Shown: positions 1 through 10,256, numbered from the stretch's first letter. The stretch is DNA of 64,000 nt from Candidatus Falkowbacteria bacterium RIFOXYA2_FULL_47_19 (GCA_001780275.1 MFGB01000017.1:59841-123840), one strand, 5' to 3'. The notes: generated by a model not told the origin, from the letters alone. Program-made: numbers and translations.

Positions 1-381
1 ATAGAATTTCGTTTTTATGCCGGTTTCCCTGATCGCGTCTAGTAGCCGGGTCGTACCCAGGCCGGTGACGTCTCCCGTATACTCCGGCAGATCAAAACTT
101 ACCCGGACATGGCTTTGGGCGCCGAGATGGTAAATTTCGTCCGGTTGAATCTTCTCCAATAAACGGTTTATGTTCGAGCTGTCGGATATGTCTCCGTAAT
201 GAAGAAATAGCTTGGCGCCTCGCCAATGAGCGTCCTCGTATATGTGCTCTATCCGGTGCGTATTAAAAGTACTGGCGCGCCGTATAATGCCGTGGACCTC
301 ATAGCCTTTTTCCAATAAAAATTCAGCCAGATACGATCCGTCCTGACCGGTAATGCCGGTAATAAGAGCTCTTTTTGTCAT
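1..381 (-). CDS. gmd: GDP-mannose 4,6-dehydratase (5' part; runs off window)
   Basis: Manual translation [37 protein letters not shown]...[15 protein letters not shown]; not in the ORF track because it is truncated. Confidence 0.95.
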   Translation of the reverse strand, partial: MTKRALITGITGQDGSYLAEFLLEKGYEVHGIIRRASTFNTHRIEHIYEDAHWRGAKLFLHYGDISDSSNINRLLEKIQPDEIYHLGAQSHVRVSFDLPEYTGDVTGLGTTRLLDAIRETGIKTKFY

Positions 382-514
382 ATTTTGATAAAATTAAAAG
401 ATAAAAATTATGTTTATATTATAAATGATAATTTTAGATTATACAAATAATTATGCCATAATTTAATAAAAAAACGCAAGTCGAAAATTTTTTATACTTT
501 CTTTATAATTTTTT

Positions 515-542
515 CCTGCCTGCCTGCCTGCCGGCAGGCAGG
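515..542. repeat. CCTG-tandem palindrome CCTGCCTGCCTGCCTGCCGGCAGGCAGG
   Basis: GC-rich palindrome in an AT-rich intergenic region. Confidence 0.7.
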
Positions 543-664
543 TATCTTTTTATGAAAATTTTATATTTTTTTTATCTTTTCTTCATATCGTTTTTGTTAT
601 ACTTAAAAGTATAATTTTTAAAAACGGGTTTCTGTGCATAAACAAGGAAGCCTATAAAAAACCT

Positions 665-2020
665 ATGATTCAAAAAAGAAAATTTTTGACGCCTGTTCTG
701 GCGCCGATTTTTTTGTTTCTCGGACTGATTGTCACGAGTCTGCCGGCCGGAGCGGCCGTTTCGGATGACGGTTTAACCGCTTATTACCCGTTTAACGGCA
801 ACGCCGCGGACGAAAGCGGGAACGGGTACGACGGCGTCGTTTATGGCGCGGAACTCGCGCCGGACAGATTCGGCGATCCGGACAGCGCTTATCACTTTGA
901 CGGACAGGATTATATTTGGGTTGATCTGAATACGGAAGTTTTTTATGGCGATTTTACGGTTAGTGTTTGGGTAAATTTTGATAACTTTAATAACGATTAT
1001 CCCCACATCATAGGATCAGAAAGCCATGATTTTGTATTACATGGCATGGGCCCTATCTACGGTATTGAAAAATTAAGAGAAATCGGTTTTTATCAATTTG
1101 ATGAAAATATTAATGATTTTGTGGGCTTGCTTGATTCTTTGTATAAGCTTAATACGGGCGAATGGTACATGATTACTGTAGTAAAAAATAGTTTGAATTT
1201 TTCCATGTACGTAAATGACATTTTGAGAAATCAAACGACCGCTGACAATGACCTGGCTACAAACGGTTCATACATAACCATCGGCTCCAGGAGGGATTAT
1301 AACGGAGGAATCCCCTGGAAAGGATACGAAAACAGCACCTTAAACGGCTATATCGACGACATCAGGATATATGACCGGGCGCTTTCGGAGATCGAGATAA
1401 AACAGCTTTACGGAGCGCCGGTTTGCGGCGATGGCGTAAAGAACGGCGATGAGACCTGCGATTTCGAAGACGCTATGGGCGAGGGGATTCCGGAGCATTA
1501 TACCTGCAGCCAAACCTGTGACTTAGTTTACGTGCCGTATTGCGGCGACGGTATAAAAGATGAAAATGAACAATGCGACGACGGCAATACCGAGAACGGC
1601 GACGGGTGCGATGAAAATTGCCAAAGCGAACCCGTAACCGAAGACGCGCCGTTCGCTAAGCTCATACAAGACACTATTAACCTGCATGCCTCCGGCGAGA
1701 TCGCCAAGGACAGTATCAAAAAAGAGTTCCTGGCGAAATTCACGCATCTTGAAAAAAAATATGAGCAGGCGGAAGCCGGAGACCGATGTCTGCGCGACAA
1801 GATCATGGCGGCCTATACTGGACTCACCTTAAAGCATGTACAGACAAAGATCAGCCAGTATGTCAAAAAAGGCTGGATAACGCCGGACGCGGCCGGGCTC
1901 TTAAACGCCGATATCGAAGATATTTTAAGTTTTATGAAAGAAAAATATAGTGATCAGTTTTGCGCTAAGCTCTGGAGATGCTGTAATAATAAGCCAAAAC
2001 CAGAGGACTGCCGGAAATAA
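665..2020 (+). CDS. Secreted LamG/concanavalin-like domain protein with Myxococcus-type Cys-rich repeats
   Basis: Signal peptide; AYYPFNGNA...GYIDDIRIYDRALS; CGDG..E.CDDGN..GDGC repeats. Confidence 0.8.
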   Translation: MIQKRKFLTPVLAPIFLFLGLIVTSLPAGAAVSDDGLTAYYPFNGNAADESGNGYDGVVYGAELAPDRFGDPDSAYHFDGQDYIWVDLNTEVFYGDFTVSVWVNFDNFNNDYPHIIGSESHDFVLHGMGPIYGIEKLREIGFYQFDENINDFVGLLDSLYKLNTGEWYMITVVKNSLNFSMYVNDILRNQTTADNDLATNGSYITIGSRRDYNGGIPWKGYENSTLNGYIDDIRIYDRALSEIEIKQLYGAPVCGDGVKNGDETCDFEDAMGEGIPEHYTCSQTCDLVYVPYCGDGIKDENEQCDDGNTENGDGCDENCQSEPVTEDAPFAKLIQDTINLHASGEIAKDSIKKEFLAKFTHLEKKYEQAEAGDRCLRDKIMAAYTGLTLKHVQTKISQYVKKGWITPDAAGLLNADIEDILSFMKEKYSDQFCAKLWRCCNNKPKPEDCRK

Positions 2021-2042
2021 ATAGCTTAATAAATTATATAAC

Positions 2043-2068
2043 AAAAGAGACGGGCATCCGTCTCTTTT
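2043..2068. terminator. Bidirectional intrinsic terminator
   Basis: AAAAGAGACGG-GCAT-CCGTCTCTTTT between convergent genes. Confidence 0.7.
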
Positions 2069-2088
2069 TGTTTTTGATAATGCCGATT

Positions 2089-2310
2089 CTAATCATCGCT
2101 CCTCTTCATTTTTTTCATGCCGATCGCCGTGGCTATGAGGGCCGAGCCGCCGATCACGCCGGCGATTATTTTCTTCCTGGTGGCCGGTGAGGTTTTTTTA
2201 TATTTTTCCTTGAGATTTATGGCCAGCCGGAAAAGCTCTTCTCCGGCCGCTTTAAATTTTTCGTTGTTTCCGTTTTCGACGGATTTGGGTTTTTTCATGA
2301 TTTTTGCCAT
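2089..2310 (-). CDS. Small basic protein with C-terminal hydrophobic helix
   Basis: ORF MAKIMKKPK...IIAGVIGGSALIATAIG; ATG at 2310 follows the upstream small ORF. Confidence 0.55.
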   Translation of the reverse strand: MAKIMKKPKSVENGNNEKFKAAGEELFRLAINLKEKYKKTSPATRKKIIAGVIGGSALIATAIGMKKMKRSDD

Positions 2311-2314
2311 ATTA

Positions 2315-2494
2315 TTATAATTTTTCACCGAGCAACTTTTTCGAGTTTTCCTTGGAACTCTTTTCGTCCATATCGAAAGCCTTGCCGGCGGCCTCGAAGG
2401 TTTTGTCTGTTATAGCCTTGCCGTCAGGATCGACACCGGCGTGACCCCGGCTATGATCCTCCTTGGGTAAGCCGCAACCGCAATTGTAGCACAT
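2315..2494 (-). CDS. 59-aa protein with N-terminal CxxCxC and His motif
   Basis: Manual translation MCYNCGCGLPKEDHSRGHAGVDPDGKAITDKTFEAAGKAFDMDEKSSKENSKKLLGEKL; below ORF-track cutoff. Confidence 0.7.
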   Translation of the reverse strand: MCYNCGCGLPKEDHSRGHAGVDPDGKAITDKTFEAAGKAFDMDEKSSKENSKKLLGEKL

Positions 2495-2635
2495 ATTTTT
2501 TAGTATTTAGTATTAAAAGGGGATCATTATTATAATTAATTTTAAATCGGTTAAATTAAATTATTATTAATATTTTTAAAAATTGATTTGACAAAAATAA
2601 AAAAACATGCTATCATTTTAATGATAAATACGCGT

Positions 2636-3100
2636 ATGAAAAAAATAATATACACCACTATAATATTGATCATCGGCCTGTTTCTCTTCGTGGAATTCAA
2701 AGATAGTATCTATCCGGGCCGGACCATGACCGGGACTTACGTAAAGATCGGCGATACCGTTATTGACGTGGAGATCGCGGACGAAATGGAAGAGCGTTGG
2801 CAAGGACTTTCCAACCGCGAGTCGTTGGGCGAAGAGAGTGGAATGCTCTTTATTTTTCCGAAGAAGCAGGTGCAGAATTTTTGGATGAAAGACATGAATT
2901 TTCCTCTGGATATGATCTGGATCGCCGACGACACGATCATGAAGATGGACGAGAATCTGCCGCCGGCCGGAGAGCATCCCGACGCTACCTATAGTTCGGT
3001 ACATCCGGTCAACTATGTCCTCGAGGTAAATGCCGGCTTCGCGGCCGGGCACGGGATAAAAGCGGGGGATCGGATCGAATATCACCTGAAAGACAATTAA
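2636..3100 (+). CDS. DUF192 family protein
   Basis: VEIAD..EERWQGLS.R..L....GMLFIF....FWMKDMNFPLDMIWI...VLEVNAG. Confidence 0.9.
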   Translation: MKKIIYTTIILIIGLFLFVEFKDSIYPGRTMTGTYVKIGDTVIDVEIADEMEERWQGLSNRESLGEESGMLFIFPKKQVQNFWMKDMNFPLDMIWIADDTIMKMDENLPPAGEHPDATYSSVHPVNYVLEVNAGFAAGHGIKAGDRIEYHLKDN

Positions 3101-3320
3101 GTTTATCGAAATTCAATATATTAAAGAAGACGACGATTAGCCGCCTTCTTTTTTATTCCCTTCATAGAAATTTTATAATTTTTTTATGATAATTTTAGAT
3201 TTTTTTTATATTTTCTTCATGGCCTTTGTGGTAAAATTATATAGGAGGTTGTTTTTGCGCCTGCCGGGTTGGGGATAAGTTTTATTTGCCCTTACCCGCC
3301 CTACTTCTTGCGGGCGCATG

Positions 3321-3367
3321 CCCTCACCCCCGGCCCCTCTCCCACTTGACGGTGCGCGGGAGGAGGG
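3321..3367. repeat. CCCTCACCC..CCCTCTCCC..GGGAGGAGGG REP-like element (relatives at 39289-39331 and 43116-43196)
   Basis: Shared motif in three intergenic sites. Confidence 0.6.
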
Positions 3368-3380
3368 TCTAAGTCGTACT

Positions 3381-3563
3381 GACGCCTTTGTCATCCTGGG
3401 TGCCCGCAGGGCAACCCGGGATCCAGGAGGGGGTCGCAATATGTTTGTGTTTAATAAAAACGAGACAAGAGCATTTGGTAAGTCTTTTTAATAATTCGAA
3501 TGAACGCCGTCTAACCCTGGATCCCGGGTTCCGCTTCGCGGCCCCAGGATGACAAGGGGCGTC
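3381..3563. repeat. REPIN-like inverted pair, TGTCATCC...GGATGACA family
   Basis: Arms 3381-3427 and 3516-3563 are complementary (GACGCC..TGTCATCCTGGG..CCCGGGATCCAGG / CCTGGATCCCGGG..CCCAGGATGACA..GGCGTC). Confidence 0.75.
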
Positions 3564-3589
3564 GGCGATTTAAGTACAAAATTAACATT

Positions 3590-4072
3590 ATGAAAAAACC
3601 GATCAAAGTATTATTAATCATCCTGGCGGCTGTTTTTTTCGGAGGCGCCGGTTACCTGTTTTATATCCAGTACAAGATCAACCGCGGCGACCTTTTTGAA
3701 TACGAAGGCGTCTGGTATACAAAAGAACAGGCCCGGGAACTCTTTGGACCGCAATACTACGAGGTTGAGTCCAAAAACACACCCGAGGAAGTGTATGTTG
3801 CTTTTCGCGAGGCGTTGTTGCGTAACGATAAAGAGGGTGCGCTTTTATTGATGCGAGAAGATAAAAGAGAGGAGTACAGAAATGCATTTGAAAATAAGGA
3901 AAAGTTTGATAATTGGGTTAAAAGATTTCCGGAAAGTATTATAAAAGACCATGTTTACAGTAATAACGCCTCATATCATTACTTAAACGATGCTGATGCT
4001 AACGATAGAGAGGCACACCCAACTTTGTTTGAAAAAAATAAAATGGGGTATTGGGAGATATACGGGATATAA
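3590..4072 (+). CDS. Membrane-anchored hypothetical protein, possibly NTF2-like fold
   Basis: N-terminal TM helix; TPEEVY..F.EAL...D.EGA and C-terminal GYWEI pattern. Confidence 0.65.
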   Translation: MKKPIKVLLIILAAVFFGGAGYLFYIQYKINRGDLFEYEGVWYTKEQARELFGPQYYEVESKNTPEEVYVAFREALLRNDKEGALLLMREDKREEYRNAFENKEKFDNWVKRFPESIIKDHVYSNNASYHYLNDADANDREAHPTLFEKNKMGYWEIYGI

Positions 4073-4156
4073 AATTTAGATTCAAATAACTCCATCAAAA
4101 ATTGAATATTAAGATTGGAAAATTTTTCCAGGTTTTTTATTTACTTAAAAAATATT

Positions 4157-7100
4157 ATGAAAAAAAGAATTGTTATTTTAATACTGGCGATTTTTTTATT
4201 TCGCGGATTGGCCTTCGGGTATGATAATATGGTGATCCACCCGAAACTGTCCCAGGCGGCTGTCGAAATTTATAACCGGGAAGCCGGGAGAAAGGTAAGC
4301 GCGGAAGAACGGGGATGGATCATCGCGGGCGCGATCGCCGAAGATACTGATCCGCGCTACCTTAACCATTTTTATGACCCGTCGACCGATTCAGGGCTAA
4401 AATATTTAGGCGTCGAGTGGGACTCGGCCCGGGAATGGATCGGGCGGCAAAACAGCGCCACCGGCGATTACAGCGTTAATGCCATTCTGGAAAATTATCG
4501 CCAGGACAACGCCAAGCGCGCCTGGCAGGGGATCGGGCACATTCTTCATCTGTTCCAGGATATGGCCGTGCCGGCGCATACGCGCCTTGATCCGCATCCG
4601 GAGGGCGATCCCTATGAAGGCTGGGCCTGGGGGAATGGTAGTATTAATGCCAATGAAACCAGTAAGATCAATGTAGGCGATTTGTCCGTGGCTATGAAAG
4701 AATTAGCTGCCTACACGAAAGGTAATTTTTTTAGTAAAGAAACTATTAAATTAGAAGACTATACTGTATATCCAATAGAATCGTTAAGCGTTAATGATGT
4801 TGAAAATAAATTTTTAGTGAATGACTTGAATGGTAGTAAATATTATTTAGCAAAAATTGATAATTCTGGTATTTTGCCCGTATATAGTATTGATGATTAT
4901 TATGTCCACCAAGACTACTGGCGTTTATTGGCGCCGAAAGCGGCAGGATATAGCGCCGGGGTGATCGAATGGTTTATTCGCGAGTTTAATAAGATCGACC
5001 AGGAAAAAGCAAAGGAAGAAAAAAGCCTTCTCGGGGCGGTAAAAAAATCTTTCGCCTGGATCGGCGATATTTTTCGGGCGCCGGCGAGCCTGGCCTACGT
5101 TTGGGGCGACGTTTATCGGCCGGCGCGGGAAGAAGTTTTCGAAAAAAGCAAAGAGGCGGTCGAGACGGGAAAAACGGCCGTAGAGGCGGTTAAAAGTTCG
5201 ATCGAGTCGGGGAAAGAAAACGCCCTGGCCGCCATTGACGCCGGATTGGACGCGGCCGAAGACATAAGCGAAGGCATGGCCGAGGGCGTACGGGTGCTCG
5301 GGGAAGCCTTCGAGCCGCCTTCGGCCGCCGCCGGAAACTCGCACAATAAAGAAGGGGGGGGAGACGGACGCGTTTCCGCGGCTTTCGAGGCGAATGATAA
5401 TAAGGTCTTCGGGGATATTACGGAAAATGATGCCGGAGAAATAAGGCTCGCCCGCGTGATCGACGGCGATACGATCGAACTTGAGAACGGGGAAAAGGTG
5501 CGTTATATAGGCGTAGATGCCCCGGAGTTAGGCGCGCCGGGACCCGCAGACGACGAATGTCTGGCTTGGGTTGCGAAAGTTAGGAACGAGCAATTGCTCA
5601 AAGCCGGAAAAATCGAACTTATGGCCGATCCGGGCGGGGAGCGCGATAAGTACGGGAGACTGCTTCGATACGTTTACGCCGGCGATATGTTCATAAACGA
5701 ACGGCTGGCCAAGGAGGGTCTGGCGGAAGCTTATTTCTGCCTGCCCGGCTGGAAAAACTGCCCGTTAGCCGCGGACGAGGCCCGCCGGAAAACGATAGAG
5801 GCAGCGGCGTCCGAAGCGCAATCTAAAAAGCGCGGTATTTTTTCCGGGGTTTGCGATACCGCGCCGGAAAAGATCGAATCGGATAAAGCGCCGGGAGAAG
5901 AAGAAACAGAGGGGGAAATTCCGTTGCCGGGCAAAAAACCGGTAATTCTTTTCGGTTCCGGACCGGCCGCCCCGGTAAATAGCGGCGAAAGCGAAGCAGA
6001 TGATGCGGCCGGGGACGATAGCGGCGACACCGCCGGCGGCGCGGCGGCGCCATCCCCGGACGCGGAAATTTCCGGATCGATCGCGGAGTTTTATCTGTTC
6101 GACCTTCTGACGCACAGCCGGTCTTATACCGCCTCGACCGCGGTCGGCGTTTACGCGGACACGAGCCCGGGATCAATCCCCGGGGAATACCTGCTTGCCG
6201 GCTACGGCGAAACGCCCGATATCTACGGCGAAGGCTGGGTAAGCGCGGTTCCGTTCGTTTACGGGCTCGAGTCGGAAGAAGGCTTTAGGGAGGTGTGTTT
6301 ATGGCTAAAAAACGGGGAGAACCTGGTTTCTTCTTCGACGGCCGCGATCATTCTCGATACTGTCCCGGCCACGCTCGAACTCCTGGCCGCGCCGCCGGTT
6401 TTTTCGAGTTCGACCGAAGCTCTTTTTTTCGCGAGCTCCCCGGAACCGCTCCTGGATCTTTCCTGCCGCCTGGACCCGGGGGCTTCGGCCGCGGCGGATA
6501 TTTCCCTGGATATCGTTTATGACGGCTTGACCGAAGGATGGCATGAGTTTATCTGTGAAGCGGTCGATCTCGCCGGCAACGTATCCGCCTTATCTTACGG
6601 CTGGACGGTCGATCTGACCGCGCCGATAGCCACGATTACGAGCCTGACTATAGACGGCGCGGCAATTATGGCGGCTTGGTCCGGTAGCGACGATCCCTCC
6701 GTTGCCACTAGCGGCATCGCCGCATTTGACCTGGAATTTCGAATCGACGGCGGAGCGTGGCGAGAGTGGCTTACCGGCACGAGCGCCGTTTCGGCCGCTT
6801 TTAGCGCCGCGGAGAGCGGCGAATACGAGGTCCGCGTCCGGGCGCGCGATTCATCCGGCAATACGAGCAAATGGAGCGAGCCGGCGCTAACGACGAAAAC
6901 AGGAGAAATTAAAGCGGACCATATCGTGATAAGCGAAGTCGCCGTAAACGGATATAACAGCCCTGTGCATGAATTCGTGCAGTTATATAATCCGACCGCG
7001 AGCGCCATTGATCTCTCCGGCTGGAAAATACAGTATAAGCCGGCCATTGGCGGCGTTTGGAAGAATAAAACCGGCCCGGACGGACTACCCGCCGCGAATA

Positions 7101-8116
7101 TTCTTCCCGGAGCTTATTTTCTGATCGCGGGAAATAAATCTTATTTTTACGATTATGCCGATTATAATCACGCGGCTATCTGGGAATTCGCCGACGGCGG
7201 CGGCCACGTCAGATTGCTCGACAAGAACGGAGCGGAAGCGGACCGCTTGGGCTACGGTAACGCGGATGAGCCGGAAGGAGAGGCGCAGGATGACCCGCGC
7301 GGTAACAACCAGACTTATAAACGTAAGGCGAAGGCCGATTCTGCCGCCGCCGACATGGCGGAAGGCGGCTATGATTACGCCCTGGGCAACGGCTATGATT
7401 CGAATAACAACCGGTTTGATTTTGTTTTAAGCGATATGTCGCTCCCCCGGGGTTATTTTGAACCTCTGCATCTTTGGTTTTTCAATAAAGATAAAGATTG
7501 CCTCTTAAGCGATACTGTCGTTTATGACTCTATCGGCGGCGATGATTTTATCTCATCGGAACTCGTTTGGCCGGACGGTCAGGGCGATAAGGGCCTGATC
7601 ATGGGGGAGGGTATTAAGATCGGTGCGGAATTAAGCGAACCAGTCGATGCCGGAAGCTTGACAGTAAGTTTTTGGTATAACGATAAAGGCAACGAAGGCG
7701 AAGGTTCGGGCTCGGTTCAGCTGGCCGGCGAAGACGGCGGCATCCTGAAAATCGAATTCGATCCCGATCGGTTTAATATCGCGGTCAACGGAAACAGCAT
7801 GATCCTGGATAAAACCGATATTTATGGAATGTTGCCGGAAGAAGAGAGGGCGGCGGACTGGATTTTCGCGGTCTTGTCACTGGACTCTTTTACCGGCCAA
7901 GGCCATTTCCATGTTAACGGCCGATCCGGGCGCGAATTCGCTTACGGCCGCGGCGATGACCCGGATTATGTCTCGGTAGGCGCGGACGAAGGCTACGAAT
8001 ATCTTATTTATAAATTAAAGATCAGCCGAGGCGTATTGCCGGAGGAGAGAATAAGGCGCGAATACGAGGAGGATGCTTGCGTCCTTAACGATTTATACTG
8101 CCCGGTTTTTTACTGA
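4157..8116 (+). CDS. Large secreted multidomain protein: Zn-phospholipase C/P1-like, SNase thermonuclease, Ig/FN3-like, lamin-tail and LamG-like domains
   Basis: NHFYDP, GHILHLFQDMAVPAH; RVIDGDTI..VRYIGVDAPE..DKYGRLLRYVY; IVISEVA..EFVQLYNPT..IDLSGWKI. Confidence 0.8.
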   Translation: MKKRIVILILAIFLFRGLAFGYDNMVIHPKLSQAAVEIYNREAGRKVSAEERGWIIAGAIAEDTDPRYLNHFYDPSTDSGLKYLGVEWDSAREWIGRQNSATGDYSVNAILENYRQDNAKRAWQGIGHILHLFQDMAVPAHTRLDPHPEGDPYEGWAWGNGSINANETSKINVGDLSVAMKELAAYTKGNFFSKETIKLEDYTVYPIESLSVNDVENKFLVNDLNGSKYYLAKIDNSGILPVYSIDDYYVHQDYWRLLAPKAAGYSAGVIEWFIREFNKIDQEKAKEEKSLLGAVKKSFAWIGDIFRAPASLAYVWGDVYRPAREEVFEKSKEAVETGKTAVEAVKSSIESGKENALAAIDAGLDAAEDISEGMAEGVRVLGEAFEPPSAAAGNSHNKEGGGDGRVSAAFEANDNKVFGDITENDAGEIRLARVIDGDTIELENGEKVRYIGVDAPELGAPGPADDECLAWVAKVRNEQLLKAGKIELMADPGGERDKYGRLLRYVYAGDMFINERLAKEGLAEAYFCLPGWKNCPLAADEARRKTIEAAASEAQSKKRGIFSGVCDTAPEKIESDKAPGEEETEGEIPLPGKKPVILFGSGPAAPVNSGESEADDAAGDDSGDTAGGAAAPSPDAEISGSIAEFYLFDLLTHSRSYTASTAVGVYADTSPGSIPGEYLLAGYGETPDIYGEGWVSAVPFVYGLESEEGFREVCLWLKNGENLVSSSTAAIILDTVPATLELLAAPPVFSSSTEALFFASSPEPLLDLSCRLDPGASAAADISLDIVYDGLTEGWHEFICEAVDLAGNVSALSYGWTVDLTAPIATITSLTIDGAAIMAAWSGSDDPSVATSGIAAFDLEFRIDGGAWREWLTGTSAVSAAFSAAESGEYEVRVRARDSSGNTSKWSEPALTTKTGEIKADHIVISEVAVNGYNSPVHEFVQLYNPTASAIDLSGWKIQYKPAIGGVWKNKTGPDGLPAANILPGAYFLIAGNKSYFYDYADYNHAAIWEFADGGGHVRLLDKNGAEADRLGYGNADEPEGEAQDDPRGNNQTYKRKAKADSAAADMAEGGYDYALGNGYDSNNNRFDFVLSDMSLPRGYFEPLHLWFFNKDKDCLLSDTVVYDSIGGDDFISSELVWPDGQGDKGLIMGEGIKIGAELSEPVDAGSLTVSFWYNDKGNEGEGSGSVQLAGEDGGILKIEFDPDRFNIAVNGNSMILDKTDIYGMLPEEERAADWIFAVLSLDSFTGQGHFHVNGRSGREFAYGRGDDPDYVSVGADEGYEYLIYKLKISRGVLPEERIRREYEEDACVLNDLYCPVFY

Positions 8117-8153
8117 CGGAAAAAAACCGGATGGTAATCCCTGATGCAAACGA

Positions 8154-8178
8154 AAAAACTCCGCGAGGCGGAGTTTTT
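8154..8178. terminator. Bidirectional intrinsic terminator
   Basis: AAAAAACTCCGC-GAG-GCGGAGTTTTT between convergent genes. Confidence 0.7.
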
Positions 8179-8203
8179 CTTATACTAAAGATTTAAGTGG
8201 ATA

Positions 8204-8506
8204 TTATTTCTCGACTTCTTCCTGCAGCCGCTCCAGGTTTTTTTGCTCGGCCTCGTTGTGTTCGGACCAGCGGCCGTAAATATCGGAAGAGTAGACTATG
8301 TAAGCGAGAATGAAAACGAGGATCAGGCCGAAGAAGGCCCCGGAGCCCAGTTTGCGGTAAACCATAAGCAGGACCAGTGCCGCCGTTATGAGTATAATGA
8401 TCCAGATCTGTTTTGAATCAAGATCATAGAGATATGACGCGCAAGGATAGTCGAGGATCTTTATGGTCCAGGGGTGGGATAATAGTTGATTTATAATTTG
8501 GTTCAT
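8204..8506 (-). CDS. Small membrane protein (2 TM)
   Basis: Two hydrophobic helices and a charged tail. Confidence 0.65.
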   Translation of the reverse strand: MNQIINQLLSHPWTIKILDYPCASYLYDLDSKQIWIIILITAALVLLMVYRKLGSGAFFGLILVFILAYIVYSSDIYGRWSEHNEAEQKNLERLQEEVEK

Positions 8507-8511
8507 ATTTT

Positions 8512-8638
8512 AAGATACAAGGATACAAGATACAATAACCAAATAAATTTCAAATTCCAATAATCAATAATCAAGCAGTTTGATGTTTTTGATTTGGCGC
8601 TTGTGGTTTGTTTGTGTCCTTGTATCTTGTGTCCTTGG
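8512..8638. repeat. Heptamer-repeat inverted element, family A (GATACAA/TTGTATC)
   Basis: Complementary arms; core CAAATAAATTTCAAATTCCAA..CAGTTTGAT shared with 36233-36341. Confidence 0.8.
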
Positions 8639-8647
8639 GAGTTGTTT

Positions 8648-10009
8648 TTATAATCCTTTCCTGCTCAATACGGTCGCGACGGTCTTCAAAATTATCGAGA
8701 GATCGAGGTAGGCCGAGCGGTTCTTTACGTAAAAGAGATCGTATTGCAGCTTTTTAAGGGAATCTTCGGGGGTGGGCGAATGATATTCGCCGGAGATCTG
8801 GTCCCAACCCGTGGCGCCCGGCTTGACCAGCATGCGTTCGCGGTAAAAAGGGATCTGTTTTTCCAGGTCGCGGATAAATTCCGGCCTTTCCGGACGCGGC
8901 CCGACGAAGCTCATCTGTCCCATGATTATGTTTAAAACCTGGGGGATCTCGTCGAGGCGCGTCTTGCGCAAAAAGGAGCCGAAACGCGTGATGCGGGGAT
9001 CGTTCTTGATCGTGAGGCTGCGGTCATTTCCCTCTTCCCGCATGGTCCGGAACTTATACATTTTAAATTCCTTCCCGTTCTGGCCGGAACGCGGCATGGT
9101 TATGAATACCGGCCCCCGGCTCTCTAACTTGACCGCAAGGCCGATCAAGAGCCAGAGAGGGAGAGTTATAAGCATTATGGCGAGGGCCAGGATAAAGTCA
9201 TAAAGCCGTTTGAACAGATCGAAAAAATATTTATTTCCCAGATTCAGGTTTTCCAGGAACCACATCTTATCGATGGCTTCGATCGGCACCTTGCCGGTTA
9301 TGATCTCGTAAAAATTGGGCAGACTAACGAAATTTATCTTTAAAGGGAGGCAGTTAAACAGGAAAGTGCGCAGTTCCGGAGAGGAATGCGGGTCGGTCGC
9401 CAAGACTATCATGGAGATCCTGTTCTCGATCAGGAATTGGTTGAGCTTAAGTATCTTGTCGAATACCACCTTCTTGTCCGCTCCCTTTTCGCCGCCGTTG
9501 GGATTTACGATCAGGGCGATCTTATATCCCAGGTGAGGTTTGTTTTTAAGGACCGCGGCCAATTCATCCACCTGTCCGTTGCGGCCGATGACCACTACCT
9601 TGTTCTTCGGCAAATAAGCGGAGAGGAGCCAGTTGAAGGTCCGGCGCCAAAGCAGAAAAAGCGCGACAAAAACCACCAGGTATATTACCAGGTTGGTTTT
9701 AGGGGCGATCGATATATTGGGATTTACGTAAAAAAAGGCGGCCGAGAGAAGGCTCGAGATGGCCACCGAACGTATGGTTACGTTAAAGAATTTCCCATCA
9801 TTAACGGCGATGTGCAGGCTATAGAGGTTGGAAATGTAGAATATGAGGATCCAGGCGATAAAAACGACCGAGAAAGGCCCGAAATGGTTTTGCCAGGTTG
9901 CTCCCGACGGCTGTTCCCAGTAACGGACGGCCAGGGTCAGATAAAGCGAAAAATACAGCACGAAAATATCACCGGCGAGTAAAATGAATTTTTTTAAGTT
10001 ATCGTACAT
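8648..10009 (-). CDS. Polyprenyl glycosylphosphotransferase (WcaJ/WbaP-like sugar transferase)
   Basis: N-terminal TMs; KFRTM..DPRITRFGSFLRKTRLDEIPQ..MSFVGPRPERP. Confidence 0.92.
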   Translation of the reverse strand: MYDNLKKFILLAGDIFVLYFSLYLTLAVRYWEQPSGATWQNHFGPFSVVFIAWILIFYISNLYSLHIAVNDGKFFNVTIRSVAISSLLSAAFFYVNPNISIAPKTNLVIYLVVFVALFLLWRRTFNWLLSAYLPKNKVVVIGRNGQVDELAAVLKNKPHLGYKIALIVNPNGGEKGADKKVVFDKILKLNQFLIENRISMIVLATDPHSSPELRTFLFNCLPLKINFVSLPNFYEIITGKVPIEAIDKMWFLENLNLGNKYFFDLFKRLYDFILALAIMLITLPLWLLIGLAVKLESRGPVFITMPRSGQNGKEFKMYKFRTMREEGNDRSLTIKNDPRITRFGSFLRKTRLDEIPQVLNIIMGQMSFVGPRPERPEFIRDLEKQIPFYRERMLVKPGATGWDQISGEYHSPTPEDSLKKLQYDLFYVKNRSAYLDLSIILKTVATVLSRKGL

Positions 10010-10094
10010 ATCGTTTTTAATATACCAGAATTTATCATATTTTTCAAGGTTTCCGGAATATTTGGAATATTTACGGTTGTGGATATGAATTGTT

Positions 10095-10220
10095 GATATT
10101 GGATATTAGATATCAGATATTATGATACAGGTTTAATATGTTTTGTGAATTTAGAATGTGCGGATGCGATGAAAATACTTCGTAGATGGACAGAAAAATC
10201 AATATCCAATATCCGAATTC
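10095..10220. repeat. Heptamer-repeat inverted element, family C (GATATTR/CAATATC)
   Basis: GATATTG GATATTA GATATCA GATATTA ... CAATATC CAATATC. Confidence 0.7.
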
Positions 10221-10256
10221 TTTGCATAAAAAATTGGTTAATGTTATAATTTAACC

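Noticed and set aside
3206..3439. 77-aa minus-strand ORF
   Set aside because: Composed largely of REP-like palindromes.
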